In this document: positions 1-14,462 of the stretch, piece by piece | Layout of the letters: every line of letters starts with the position of its first letter | Numbering within the stretch: position 1 is the stretch's first letter | Position numbers and translations under genes: made by a program | The notes under the pieces: generated by a model | The model's input: the letters and a program-made list of their open reading frames with translations, nothing else | Database searches by the model: none | What the model was told of the DNA's origin: nothing | NCBI RefSeq assembly: GCF_009914755.1 | Contig: NC_060935.1 | Length of the DNA: 64,000 nucleotides | Origin: the human T2T-CHM13v2.0 reference genome, Homo sapiens | Strand: one strand, 5' to 3'

Positions 1-81
1 TGCCCGAGGTCATAGGGGAAGGGGCTGTGAAGGACCATGCCCCTCCCCCGCCTGCAGCCCTTCCTGGTACAGACCTCGGTC

Positions 82-130
82 GTGCGCGCACGCACACACA
101 CACACACACACACACGCACGCACACACACG
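82..130. repeat. (CA)n/(CG) alternating purine-pyrimidine microsatellite
   Basis: gtgcgcgcacgcacacacacacacacacacacacgcacgcacacacacg read directly. Confidence 0.95.
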
Positions 131-1422
131 GTGCTTCACCCCAGCCAGGCCAGACCAAAAGAGACCATTATTTCCTGCTGCCTCCCTTTTGGCCCACCTA
201 CCATGAGGCAGGGAGCCCCCTCCTCAAACCAGGAGCCTCCCAGATCGGGATGGGGACTGTCAGACACCTGTTGGAGGGTCCAGCAGCCCATGAGATCTAA
301 GCCCCTATCTCAGGTGAGCCTGTGAGCCAGCAGAGAGACCTCTGGGAGGGAGGGAAGGTGCGGTCCCCTGAACCCCAACCAGCCTGCCTTTGAGTCCCAA
401 GACACCCCCACCCCCATGGAATGCTGTGGCAGTGTGCAGCTGCAGCTGGGGGAGCAGGGCGGGTCTTCTGGGTCTCAGGGAAGCGAGATCTGAAGTGAGG
501 GGGGTGAACTGGATGGGACAGGGCGTTAACCCAGGAGAGGGGCCAGGGCCATTCTTGGCTCTTGATGGTGGAACCAAAAGCCATGATTTATGTGCAATTT
601 CATATTCTTCTCTGTGCACAATTTACAAATTTCCCGCAACAAGCCCAGATGTCACAATTTTCATCTTAGGAAAACAAAGAGAAGCTGAAGAAGGCTCCCC
701 AGGCCCTGCGAACCCCTCAAGCAGGGCTCATATCAACTGGCCTGGGGGCAGAAAGAGGCAAAGTCTGGTCTGCTCCATGCCCCTATGCTGCCACCTCCCC
801 AGAGACTAGGAGCAAAGGGCTAGAGTGGGTAGTGACCTAGAGGCCCCCGGATACCCACACTCCAACCATCAGGACTCATTGGCCTTGGTGACACCACTCA
901 GAGGGTGTAGCTGCCATCATCCTGTGTTATAGAAGAGCAGCAGAGACCGCGTCAGCCGCTGAGGCCGCACAGCTGGAGGGAAGCAGGGCTCAGAACTCCC
1001 GGGCTGCCTGGCTTTCTGGTTTGGTTTCCACTTAGGTTTCCTACTTTTATTTTTCCACTTTACCAGCTTAATTACAGAGTCAAACCCAGTGCTGTGGGGA
1101 TTCCTCCGTCTTGGCCTCGTTAGAAGCTGAGAGGTGACCTGCTCTAAGTCTGTCACTCTGAATTCGATCAAAGATGGTACCCAATAGCATTTTAAACCTG
1201 CACGTCCCAGGAGCGGGGCTGTGTCCCCCCAGCCCAAGCCAGGGACACACCTGGAGGAAGGCACCCCAGGAGCTGGGGGCTGGGAGTTCCAGGCTCTGAG
1301 AGGAGGCCCAATGGGCCCAGAAGCAAGCAAACATCTGTCTAGGTGCAACAATCAAGCTCTATTTTTGTAATTAAAAATGTATCCAAAGGGAAAAAAGAAA
1401 CAAAATGAACAATATTTGTACT

Positions 1423-1878
1423 CTATGTTGCTGCAGAGAGCAGAACTGCGGAGGGGGTGCTAGTCCCAAGGGGTGGACTGTGCTGTGCTAGTGCCCTAAA
1501 TCCTGCAAGCGCGGGGTTGGGGGGGCGGGGGAGACCGCTGTCGGGGGTCGTGAGTTCCGGGCCCTTGTGTGCATGTTCACGTCCTGTCATTCTTGCCCCC
1601 AGCTGAGAGAGCAGTAGAGGAAAGGCACTACATCCACCAGCCTTTGCATTCTCCTCGGAGCACACAGAAAGACATTTTCCAGTTATCTTGCACACAAGTG
1701 GGCGGCGGGACCCGTTTTGGCCGGGAACGTTGTCAGGAACGCTGTACACCACTTCCAGGCGGTCACGTCCGAGCTGCCCAGGCAGTCCTTCTGCGCCCTC
1801 TGCTGGCCAGATGGAGGCTGCAGACCCTGCGGGGCCATCAGGAGAGAACCACCAAGCACCCTCTGCACACCGCATTGC
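1423..1878 (-). CDS. SLC22A18AS: SLC22A18AS (BWR1B) last coding exon, aa 103-253 plus stop
   Basis: Minus-strand acceptor cccaacacag|GCAATG at 1879/1878. 456 nt encode AMRCAEGAWW...VLLSAAT*. Joins in phase 0 to the 12642-12947 exon to give 253 aa, the BWR1B length I recall. Confidence 0.88.
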   Translation of the reverse strand, partial: AMRCAEGAWWFSPDGPAGSAASIWPAEGAEGLPGQLGRDRLEVVYSVPDNVPGQNGSRRPLVCKITGKCLSVCSEENAKAGGCSAFPLLLSQLGARMTGREHAHKGPELTTPDSGLPRPPNPALAGFRALAQHSPPLGTSTPSAVLLSAAT

Positions 1879-2051
1879 CTGTGTTGGGCACAAAGAATAA
1901 ACTTTTATTGCATCTTAACCCACTAGAAATGTAGGCTTGTCCATCACAGTGGGGCGTTACATACCCTAATACATAGGGAAGGCATAGGTAGATTTCAGTT
2001 GGCCTTTTACAGACAAGGAAACCAAGGCTTGAGAAGATTCAAACCTTACTG

Positions 2052-2380
2052 CAGCCATGGCTCACACCTATATACCCTCAGTACTTTGGGAGACCAAGGC
2101 AGGTGGCTCGCTTGAGCCCAGGAGTTCCAGACAAGCCTGGGCAACATAGAGAAACCCCATCTCTACGAATATTTTTTAAATTAGCTGGGTGTGGTGGCAC
2201 GTGCCTGTGGTCCCAGCTACTCGGGAGGCTGAGGTGGGAGGATTGCTTGAGCCCAGGAGGTTGAGGCTATAGTGAGCCGTGATCGTGCCACTACCTCTAG
2301 CCTGGACGACAGAGCAAGACGCCCTCTAAAAAAAAAAAAAGAAGAAGAAGAAGAAGAAAGAAGAAGAAGAAAAAGAAAAA
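2052..2380 (+). mobile_element. Alu (old, AluJ-like) with A tail continuing as (GAA)n
   Basis: Alu dimer motifs (ctttgggagaccaaggcaggtgg...cccagctactcgggaggctgagg); poly-A then gaagaagaag at 2341-2380. Confidence 0.9.
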
Positions 2381-5300
2381 CTTGCTGCCCAAGCAGTTAA
2401 GGCAGGATTAACCTGCAGCCCTCACTGCTGTGCGTTCCTTCTAGGAAAGACCCAGAAGCCAGAGAAGCCTAGGTCCCAATCCTGGTGGATCTTCGTGCTG
2501 GAATCGTTAAGCCAGCTGTTTCCCAGGGGCCACCCATGGGCCAGTCCTCACCACAACCTCATGGGTGGTCGGTCAATGTCGTAGGCCCGCTTTACAGCCG
2601 AGGAGACAGAGGCTTCCAGAGGCAAACACACTGGCCCATGAGTAGCAGAACGAGGGTAGGCCCAGGAAGCCATGTCCTTGGCCACATGTGCTTTCTGGCG
2701 GGTGACCTCCACTCCAGTGCCTCCCCGGCTGCCCGAGGCCTCCCCTTCCCGGGTGTGGCAGCTGTACAGCTGCCTTGTCGGCATGTTCATGGCCCCATCA
2801 GGAATGTGTGCCGCAGGTGGCTTCACAGGGCTAGGAATGCCCGTCCTAGGTTAGGCCCAATCCCTACCCAGAGCCCCAGGGAACCCAAATTCTGGGACAC
2901 AGGACACCCGGCCAGTGGGCCAATGGCCCCTATCAGGGAGTGACCAAGGACAGGCCGGGAGCTCTTCTTTCCCCTCTGACCCATGGTGAAACCTGCCTCG
3001 GGCCTGTTCCCTGGGTTCTGAGGCCCTGAGCTATCTGTCTTCAAACAAACGAAGGCCTCAAAGAATGTTCCATTGAGCCATGGGCCCCATATCACCCATC
3101 AATCACAAAGGGCTGGGGATTGCAGGCACAGGGTCAAGGTGGGTAGGAGGTGAGGGCTGGACACCATCTGAATCTGTGCTGTTCCAGGGCCCACTAGAGA
3201 GTCTCCAGGTACCCGGAGCCTGCCCTCAGCAGTACCACCCTCCCACAGCACCCCAGGGACCCTGCAAGAGGTGTCTGTGCCCTTCCCGGCTGCCTCCCCA
3301 GCTGCTCCCCAGGTGGTGCCCTGTGGAGAGGACCAGAGGGATATTATAAACAATGACAACACTTGCTGCCTTCATCTTGTGCCTGCTCAGGGCCCTGCCC
3401 TAACCCAGGGCTGGGCTCGTTGCCTCATTTAATCCTTCCAAGACCCCTGAGAGGGAGGTGTGTTCGTGCCCATTTTGCAAGGGAGGGGACTCAGGCTCCC
3501 AGAGGTTAAGCCACCTGCCTGAGGTCACTGAGACTTGAGGTTGGCCCTGCCTTTCACCCAGCCTGAGCCCCTCCATAGGACTTCTGTGAGGGCACAAGAA
3601 AGCAGGAAAAGAAAGAAGTCAAGGGCCCTGGGAATCTCCCCTGACATCTCCCACCCCAAGCCCTAGAGCCAGGGCTGGGCATCTGTGCAGGGTACAACCC
3701 TGCCCAGGGATGCCTGACTCTGGAAAGGCCACCCCTTTGGCCTCAAACCACATCACCCAGCAGCAGGTCCTCAGACCAGCCCTGGACAGGAGCTTGACTG
3801 GCTGTGCCCCCAAAGGCCCCAGAGCTCCCTGCCCCCACTGAGCCTCCACCTTCCCATCCATAAGATGGGGTGGGGAGTCATCCAGCCCAGAGGCCCCAGG
3901 GGCATGGGGAGTGACAGATTAACCCAAGGCCCCCCCTCCCGCAACAGGCGGCTCAGCACACACTTGGCGGGGGGCCATGCTGGGCCAGGAGAGCTCCCCC
4001 GCACCAGTTCCCCGCGCGCAAGGCTCGCCCCGCCCCCCAGGACAGGCTGTTCTTGGGGCGGCTGCCAGGCACGTCCTCCGCAGGTGCCGGCCTCCCTGCG
4101 GTGACGTGGCCACATGCGCGGCACAAGCTCCGATTACAGGGACTGCCTTGTGCTGGGGGTTCCGGCCAGGGGTCCTCACTCCCCAGGAACCGATGGGCGG
4201 AGCTGGGCAGGCCCTGAGGAGAGGCCCAGTGGGAATAGGGAACAGTCACCCCTGCTCCAGAACGGGACCAGGGGCTGCTTCCCTTGGGGTCTGGAAGAGA
4301 GGGACCCCCTGGTCCCAGCCTGCCTGAGACTGCTGGTTTCGGCACTGAATGTTCCAGGAAACCGAGGGCCACTGGTCATCGTGGGCTTCACACGGCGCCT
4401 TTCTGGGCTAGGAAGGGGGCTCCCGGGCTAGGAAGCAGGTACCGAGGAGGGTCTCAAGGACATGTGGGGACCTATGTCAGACACCCCTGCAGCCAGCTCT
4501 GAGCCCACCAGGCCTTTCCTCCTCTCCCTGCCAATCCACAGGACACAGACACAGGGGTCCCAGGCCCAATGGCTCACTTTATCAGGGAAACAGCAGGAAA
4601 AACAAATCTGGTGTGAGCAGATCTCCCTTCCCACCAAGCCCCCTGACTTCCTGCTGGAGCTCGGGGAGACCCCTGTGACCAGCATCTCCTGCCTATGGGG
4701 GGCGCCAGGGCCTCAAAGCCTCTCCAAGCCACTCCCTCCCACCCTGCTTTCCACACCCAAGCCACAGCGTTCAGAGAAGCTCAGGGCCTATTTGAAATGC
4801 CAGAGAGTGGGGATGCCTCCAGAGAGGTGGCATGAGGGCCCCCAGATGCACCCCACCACTCCCTCCTCCACTGCAGGAGGAGGGGCCTGCAGTTACTGAG
4901 GAAGCCTCACCCCTACTGGGCCCTCGGGGGTGAAGGGGCTTCCCAGGCCTTGAGGGAGACTTTATTTCAGATGTCAGTTAAAAGCGCCTGCTACATGGCG
5001 TGACCTCTCTGAATCCTATTACTTTCCTGTGCAGGAAACTGAGGCCCAGAGAGGTGGAGTGACCGGCCTAGGGTCCCCCAGCAAGTCAGAGACAGTGAAG
5101 CCACCTCCTGCCCTGGGCTGGGGTTCCGCCCCACTGACCTCCAGGGTCAGAGAAGGAGGGGAGCCCCCAACACTTAACTCCTTCCTTCTTTCCTTCATTC
5201 CTTCCTCCCTCCCATTCTCCACCTCCTCCTGGCTGAGCTTTGAAGCCAGGGCAGTTGGCCAGACCGAGCGCAGAGGCCAGGAGGTGACGGCAGGCTTGCC

Positions 5301-5480
5301 CTGGCGGCCTCCCAGGTTAACACACTCCCAGGTGGCTGCACCCCACAGGCGAGGGCTGCTCAGAGTAGATGCTCAACCAAGAGGTTGCCCGTGCCCCCTT
5401 CCCCAGCCGCAGGGGCAGCCAGAAGCCAAGCAGCCTCCCGCCCACTGGAGCCTGGAGCCTGAGGGCTGAAGCTGGGTGCC

Positions 5481-5499
5481 TGCTGCCCCCTGGCGTCCC
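5481..5499 (-). promoter_or_regulatory. CTCF-like motif
   Basis: Reverse complement gggacgCCAGGGGGCAGCA resembles the CTCF core. Motif only, no binding data. Confidence 0.5.
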
Positions 5500-6667
5500 G
5501 AAACGGCACAGCCACCAGGACCCCCACCCACCTCATTCATGCCTCACACCTGGGGGTGACTTGGGCCAGGGCCTTGCTCTCTGGCCCCGAGTCCCCTCAA
5601 GTGTAAGATGGGGGCTCTGCCCAGTGTGGCTGTCCGGGCTGCAGCGGGCAGGAGCGCATTTTTCACAAACCCCAACACCCCTCGGATCTGGGGGTGGGGC
5701 GGTGTCACTCGCACCTCAGTGGGAAACAGCACGTGGGCCTCGCCCGTCTCCAGGGGGTGGGGGAGGGGAGACAAAGAGCCCGCTCTGCGGAGAGGTGGGT
5801 ACCCGCCCTGCCGCCCCTCCCCCATTTCCTCTCTGCTCCCCCTGCCCCTCCTCCCCTCCCTCCTCCTTCCTTCCCTCCTCATCCCCAGCTCCTCCTCTTC
5901 CTCTTCCTGCCCTATCCCCCCGCAGGCCCGGCCGGCAGCCCGGCGCCCTCTGCCTTCGTTCCCGCCATTGGCGCTGCTGCCCGGAGCCCCTAGGTGACAG
6001 CCAGCCCCGAGGCTGCAGCCTCTGTGTCGGGCCTGCACCTGCCCACCGCGTGGTCACTGCCTGGGCACGTATGGACACTCACACCCTTCAGTCCTGAGCA
6101 CAACTGTGCCCTGGCTGCTTCGGAACAACAAGGAATCATAGTCCTGCTTCTGGCTGGGAGCTGGGGGCCAGCAATCAGGGCAGCTGGGGAAGTGGTTAGG
6201 GAGGTGGCGGCACACAGGCCGAGCTCAGAGAGTGAGCAGAGAATGGGCCCAGGGGAGGGCGCTGGAGAGGGCTGCAGGGCTTGGGGCTGCAGCTCAGGAG
6301 CTGGCTTCACCTTGGAGGCTATCAGACCTGCTCCTCAGCATTGGCCCAGCAAGGGGAACAGTATGGGGAACAGGGGACAGGCACTGCCTGGCCAGCAGCA
6401 AACAAGTAGGCTGTGGAGTTGGGCAGAGCATCTGCCTCTTACTAGCTGTGTGTCCTTGGGCAAGTTGCTTAACCTCTCTGTGCCTCTTCTTTCTCATCTG
6501 TAAAGCTTCTGATGAGGCTTAAAGGGCAAGTCAGTATGTGCCTGGCACAGCGGCCTTCCTCTTGAGGATGCCACTACCCTCACCATCATCAGCCTCTCCC
6601 TCCAACCTAGAGGGGCAGGCAGGGCAGAGAGCTGCCACTGGCCACCCCTCCAGCTGTGCTGTAATGA

Positions 6668-7064
<397 letters not shown>

Positions 7065-7685
7065 TAGGATGAAATGTTATCTACATGATGAGCAGTTTGG
7101 GCAGTGAACCCCACCTTTGTCAGAGTTCAGGACAGTCCATGGGATACAGGTCACTCCGACTCTCATGCATCAGTCTTCACGCCAGCCCTGAGTGAGCACT
7201 GAGGCACACGTGCCTAGCACCCAGCAGTGGCCCCATCCCCTAGCTGCTGGTCAGTACCAGCTGCCACTGCAGCACACCCTTTCTGCTAGGCAGCCTTATG
7301 CCATGCACTTGATGTGCAAATGATCTTGTCTAATCTTCACAAGCATCCCGTGAGGCAGGGATTAACGTTGTCCCCATTTCACAGATGGGGAAACTGAGGC
7401 TCAAGAGTTCCAGACCCAGGCAAGCCCTGGTCAGTGGTGAAGATGCCAGCCTGGTGGGGCTGGCTGCAGAGTGCTGGGCCCTGTCATAAGCACAGGCCTC
7501 TGGCACGCATGCTGACTGCTGGGGATTTTAAGATTGGGGCCCCCCTGCTGAGCCCTATCTACAGCTGCCCCCTTCCCTGGGTTACCCCAGGTTTTAATTT
7601 GAAGCAGTTAGTGAATTGAGCTTATGTGGGGTCTTATTTGTATTTGCTTTTGGGTTTTTGCTTTTTGGGGGAGTTTTTGGGTTTT

Positions 7686-7971
7686 ATTGAGATAGAGAGT
7701 CTCACTCTTTTGCCCAGGCTGGAGTGGAGTGGTACAATCTTGGCTCACTGCAGCCTCCGCCTCCCAGGTTCACGATTCTCATGCCTCAGCCTCTCAAGTA
7801 GCTGGGATTACAGGCATGCGCCACCACACCCAGCCAATTTTTTGTATTTTTAGTAGAGACAGGGTTTTGCCTTGTTGGCTGGGCTGGTCTCAAACTCCTG
7901 GCCTCAAGTGATCTGCCAGCCTCAGCCTCCCAAAGTGCTGGGATTACAAGCATGAGCCACCTCGCAGGGCC
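7686..7971 (-). mobile_element. Alu
   Basis: Antisense Alu consensus motifs. Confidence 0.9.
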
Positions 7972-8824
7972 CTGTATTTGGGTATTAGCCATGGCAGCCT
8001 GGCAGATGTTGCTGAGGGTGTCTGGGCACCTGGGCCTGGGCTTGGCGGCCTGAGCAGTGCCTCCTCCTCAAATGTCAAATTGAGGCCTGGACTAAGGGTG
8101 TCTGATTTATGGCCTCACCTGTCTGTCCGTCCATTCAGCAATATCTCCCTGGGACCTCAGGGGCAACTGTGCCTTCAGGGGCTTCCGGGTGGGCAGGCAG
8201 AAGCAGAAATAAGTATACAAGGCAGGGTGGTGCCCAGGTTGTATGATGAAGGAGGGGACGGGGGATTTTCAGGGCAACGACTTGTGCCAAGATCCAAGGA
8301 TGGAAGGGAAGAGACGTACAGGCAAGGGGACCATTCCAGGCAGGGGACACAGGCAGAGACCCATCCAAAGATGAGTGCAGGGCAGACAGTGCTTGAAGCT
8401 GGAGCTCTCTATCTCTCATGCTTCTTTGGTTTGCAAAATGTGGCATGATCCAGTGGGGGCTGAGGGGCCAGGGCCCCAGGGCTGGCTGCCCCAGGAACAC
8501 AGCAGTGTCACCAGAGGTCCAGGGTGGGAACCACCAGAGTTTTAGAAACTCACCCAGCCATGTCCAGGGTGCCTGGAGCAGGGAAGGGAGGCTGCTACAC
8601 CTCACTGAGATGCCAGTGTGGCTGCCCCCGGTGGAAACCAAATAGCCAGGCTCCCTGAAGCTGCCAGCAAGTCTAGGGGCAGGGAGGACAGGTGAGAGCT
8701 GAGAGGCCTCCAAGGGTCAGAAGTAATTGCATGGGTTTTGCGACTTCTCCTCTTGCTTCTTGGAAATCCTTCCTGCTTCTTTCTGGATTCCCTACTGAAT
8801 TCTGAAGGTTCTAAAAGACCTGGA

Positions 8825-9112
8825 GGCTGGGCACTATGGCTTATGCCTGTAATTCCAGTGGGAAGATCACTTGAGGCCAGGAGTTCAAGACCAGCCCAGG
8901 CGACATAGCAAGATCTTGTCTCTATAAAAAAAAAAATTTTTTTTTAATTAGCTGGGTGTGGTGGTATTCATCTGCAGTCCCAGCTACCAGGGAGACTGAG
9001 GCAGGAGGATCACTTGAACCCAGGAGTTCAAGGTGGCAGTGAGCTATGATCACACCACTGCACTGCAGCCTGGATGACAGAGCAAGACCTTGTCTTATGA
9101 AAAATAAAATAA
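8825..9112 (+). mobile_element. Alu (AluJ-like, short internal deletion)
   Basis: ggctgggcac...gaggccaggagttcaagaccagc...gacagagcaagacc followed by A tail. Confidence 0.85.
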
Positions 9113-11069
9113 AGAGAACATGGATGTGGGTTGGATGGTGAGAGCTTGGGGCTGTCCTTTGTTCCTGGGTGGGGGAAAGGGACTGGGACCAAAGGAGGCT
9201 GCGGTTGAGGGAGACGTGTGTACCTAAGAGATGGGCAGTAGCTAAGCTCCAGGCCCTCGGGCAGGTGCCTGTGGGGGGACAGAGGCACTGGTGGCCATGC
9301 CACCCATCCTGCCTGAGTTTCCCAGTTCTGGCTGGTGAGCAGGTGTGAGGCTGCTCTCTCAGGACCCCGTTCGGAGGCACATCTCTTCCTGATCCCACGA
9401 TGCCCTTCACATGCACACACATGCTCACATGCACACATACACATGTGCACACACCCCACCACAGCCCTTGCCAGCCTGGGACCGCCAGCTGCTGGCTCCT
9501 CCCCCTGCCTCCCCGGATGGACATCCGTCCTTTGCAAGGGCTGTTCTTCCTTCTTCCTTCTTCCTGAGTCCTGAGGTCGGGCAAGGCATCCCTCAAGGGA
9601 GTCCACAGGTTGGGCCCACCACCCCGCAGTTCCCAGTTCCTATGCCATTGCCTGGCTACCTCCCCAACCTCCACCATCGTCCCTTCCTGCCTCCAGGTCA
9701 AGGACCGGAGAGAGTCCCTCTGGCCTCCAAGGGTCCTATGAGGGGAGGGTGACCCAGTTTGTCCGGAGCTGTCCCAATTTTGGCATGGGAAGTCCTACAT
9801 CCCAAAACTCCTCAGTCCCGAGCAAACCAGGTCTCCCCCAAGCAATGAGTGAGCTTCCTAGAGCAGGGTCCCAGCTCCACCACCCATCTCCTCTGGTCCC
9901 TTGGCCTGTGGTATGAGAAAGGGGACGTGGGCTACTCCAGACTACACTCTCACTGTCCCCCAAAGGCCTCAAGGGCTCCAGTCTTCAGGCCCCACACTGG
10001 ACGCCTCCCCCATGCTGCCATCTGGGCCTTTATCTCCTTCAGCTGTGGCTGTTGGCCAGCGTGAACACAAATACGTGAACCACAGCCCACCATGTTGGAG
10101 CCCCAGGTCCAGGCCCACAGTGGAGCCCAGTGAGGGGAGAGTGCTCGCCCATCCAGGACCACAGGACTCTCCCCAAAGCCCATAGCACGTTGCTGCCCTC
10201 CCTCCATTTGGACACTGGTGTCAGGGACTGGGCCCTTGGCCCTAAGCCCGTCTGGGTTCCCTGGTTCACTAGAGGCCAGTGGAGAAGCCCCTGTTGGCAG
10301 AGCCTCCTCCGGGGCCCTGGCCCTAAAGGCCACAATTCCACACACCTCTCATGGGATGTGTCTGAGCCCAATGCCCAGCCCGGCAAGAACCAGCCCTGGA
10401 TGAGGTCCAGCCCCTGCCCCTCCTCCTAGAAGTCTCTGCCCAACCTCCAATCCCAGAAGCGCATTCAGAGTCCAGTTCTAGAAGGTTCCTCAGCACCTGA
10501 CAGCCCACTTCCTCACGTGCACCTGCACAGCCGGGGCCTAGCAGATGAGAGACAGCGTGGGCACCACCAGGCCCCCCGCAGGGCTACCTGGCAAGCCTAG
10601 CCCCTTTGGGCTGAAGGCTGACCCCTGGGTCCCAAGGATACCAGGTCAGGGGGTAAAGGACCTTTGAACCCAGCCTCCCAGACTCTTAACCTGACACCTC
10701 CCAGATGAAGCCGAGGCCAGGCACCCAGTGCCCACAGCAGGCTGAAGGCCCCTCATAAGGCTGTGATTCCCAAGACAACACATACAAAGCCTGGGGTGCT
10801 GGGACAGAGCCCCAGCAGGGTGTCAGACACAGATCCCACTGTGGGATCCAGGCAGCCCCCATTGACCAAGGTCTGCAACCGCACCTCACCTGGCTGAGAA
10901 GGTGTAAGGTGGGCGGGAACCGAGGTTCGGGCGGGCAGGAGTCACATCCAACCCTGCCTCCGCTCTAGTCCCGCCCCAGGCAAAACCTTGTTGGCTTTAT
11001 TGAGACAGGTCCTTGGAGAATCATAGGAGTAAGAGTACAAAGCCTCAAGGAGAACACGTTCACTTCACC

Positions 11070-11277
11070 CATGGAGTAATGGCGAAGGCCAGAGCCCTCC
11101 CCGCTCCTTCCAGATCACCCTTCTGTCCTCTGCAGCATCATGGAGTAACGGTGAAGGCCAGAGCCCTCCCCGCTCCTTCCAGGTCACCCTTCAGTCCTCT
11201 GCAGAATCATGGAGGGATGGTGAAGGCCAGACCCTCCCCGCTCCCTCCACATCACCCTTCCGTTCTCTGCAGCATCA
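11070..11277. repeat. Tandem repeat, about 69-bp unit x3
   Basis: catggagtaatggcgaaggccagagccctccccgctccttccagatcacccttctgtcctctgcagcat recurs at 11070, 11139 and 11208 with divergence. Confidence 0.9.
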
Positions 11278-12539
11278 CTCTTTTAAATCTTAAAATTGTA
11301 AACAAAGATTCTCTCTCTTCATCCCACTTCCCCTCCAGCCACAGTCCCATTTCTCAGCCCCCTTTTGGTGCAAAACCCTTCAGAAGGGTGTCCAGCCCAT
11401 TCCTCCTGCTTGAATCCCGAGGGTCAGCCCCCATGCTCATGACGCTCTTGCCAAAGCCACCAGTGACTCCAGCTCTCGGCCCCAAGGAAGCTCCCAGGCC
11501 TTCACTCGCTTACCTGCCTCTCTCTCCAGACCCAGCTCCTTTATTTTTCCCTCCCTTTCCCTGGTCAGAACCCTGGGCACCTCCTCCTCATGCTGGGGTC
11601 CAGCCTTGGCCCTTGGCCCCTCTCCTCTCTAGCCCCATCCACTCCTGGTCATCTCATCCAGGGTGGGAGCTCTAAACAGGACATGAGTGTCAATGACACC
11701 CTCACGTCCAGCTCAGACCACATGCCGCAAACTGCACACTGCACACTCTGCCCTCTCTGCTGGCCCACAGGCCCCTCCCGTGGATGGACCTGCAGGGTTG
11801 CCTCCCCTCATGTCGCCCCCAGCCGCACCTGAAGGCCCCCTCAGTTGGCCCTCTCAGCCCAGGCCCCAACCAGCAGGAAGCCTGTCAGGCCTCCTTCCAG
11901 GGAGGTTCCAAACCTGCCCCTCAAATCCCCCCATGCCCCATCCAAGTCCACACCACCTCTCATCTGGACCACAGCAGAGACCTCCTGCACTGCCCCTCCC
12001 CTCAACCCCTCATCAGCACATCAGCCAGAGGCTCCTTGGAGAACAGAAGGGGCTCAGAACCCTGCAGCGGCGTCCACTGCACACACAGGAAGAACTCAAG
12101 TGCTCGTAGGCAGTGAGTCATTTCCTTAGGCATTGTGGTGACCCGGGATCATGTGCCTCCCCGAAGCCTGCACATGCACTCTAATGATGCAAGCTACCAC
12201 CGGGCGGTCAGCTTTGCCAGCTGACGTCCCAAACAGCTGGCATGGGGCATGCACACAGTAGGTGCTTAATAAATGTGTGTCGGGTTAAGATAGGCCCAGA
12301 GCCATTTCAAATGTCCAGGCAGTGGTGTAGGCAGGGGTCAGCTCTGAAGCTGGCCTCCTCTCATTCGGGAGACCCCTCAGAGGTCCCAGCCTCCAGGATG
12401 CAGTGTTCAGAGCAATACTTCTCAGTGCACGTCTGGCTGTGTCCCTGCCCAGCGCTCCCAGGGTCACCCCTCTCTCTAGACTCACTTTCTGCCCCGTCAC
12501 CCCACTGTACACCCTTGGTCCCAGCCCCTTCCAGTGGCT

Positions 12540-12695
12540 CAGCTTCCTGAACACTCCAAGCCTGGGCTCACCTCTAAGCCGTTATCTATGCTATTCTCTC
12601 AGCCAGGATGCCCTTCCCATACCCAAACAATCCGTGCTCACCTTTAAGACTGGCTGAGGCATCACCTCCTCTGAGAAGCCATCTCTCCCAAACCT
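12540..12695 (+). mobile_element. L2 (LINE-2) 3'-region fragment
   Basis: ttcctgaacactccaagc...ggatgcccttccc...ctcacctttaagactggctgaggcatcacctcctctgagaagcc resembles the L2 3' consensus as I recall it. Confidence 0.55.
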
Positions 12696-12947
12696 GAGCC
12701 CAGATGAGCCAAAGCCCTTCCTTCCTCCAGTCAGCCTGGATCCTCTCATCCGGCAGAACTGTCGCCTTGCTTCTCTGAAGCGGTGAATGCCCTGGGGCTG
12801 GGGACGCACAGGCTCGCTGGCCCACAACCAAAGCCGCTTCCTCTGGAGGAGGAAGTCCAGGGGTGCCAGGGTTCCACTTGCTTTCTTCTTCACCCAGCCT
12901 AAAGGGCAATTTTCCCACATTCCCTCAGAACCAGGAAGTTCCCCCAT
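12642..12947 (-). CDS. SLC22A18AS: SLC22A18AS first coding exon, aa 1-102 (exon probably 12642-13036)
   Basis: ATG at 12947, MGELPGSEGMWENC...PQPVLK. Donor AAG|gtgagc at 12642/12641. Acceptor ctgtcttcctccag| at 13037/13036. Confidence 0.88.
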
Positions 12948-13052
12948 TCACACTGAGCCTGTTCATGACAAAAAAAAAGGTCTCTCCGATTTCCTCTGCT
13001 CAACCAGTTCCCTGGCTACCTGAGGCCCTGCTTCACCTGGAGGAAGACAGTG
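12805..13052 (+). other. SLC22A18: SLC22A18 distal non-coding first exon (1a); start approximate
   Basis: Donor GTG|gtaagt at 13052/13053. Position fits the distal transcript start as I recall it; the TSS is not determinable from sequence. Confidence 0.55.
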
Positions 13053-13519
13053 GTAAGTTTCCAGCATCTCCACCACACCTCAGCGCCAGAGGACCCTCAG
13101 CCTCCCTCGCACACCTCTGGGCAGTTTGGTAACTCATCCCATCTCCTCCTGCCGCTTCATCCTCTAAGCCCTCCCCAGGGAACCCAGGAGGCGTCTGGAA
13201 CCTGTTGGGGACAGTCCCTCACACCTGCCCCATTGAGTAAGGGTTCATGTGGATGCCCATCCTCCCCCAGGAGTCCCAAATCTAAGACACTCTGAGACTC
13301 CTGTCACCCACCCCCACCTTACACAGCCGGCCTTTCTGTGCAGTCCTTCCAGGAAACTCTGGCTGGACCTGGGCTCTCGGCTTGACTGCACTCTCCCCAA
13401 GTCCCCAGGGGGGCCAGTGGTGACTATTCTTGAAAACGAGCTTGGCAGAGGATCTGGGGACACGCACTCCAGATGCAAACACGTTTGCACTCTTTGGGCT
13501 GGAATCCCCTCGAGCGGTA

Positions 13520-14462
<943 letters not shown>

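Noticed and set aside
1-400. CDKN1C coding sequence
   Set aside because: Expected just left of the window by gene order, but no CDKN1C exon is present here.
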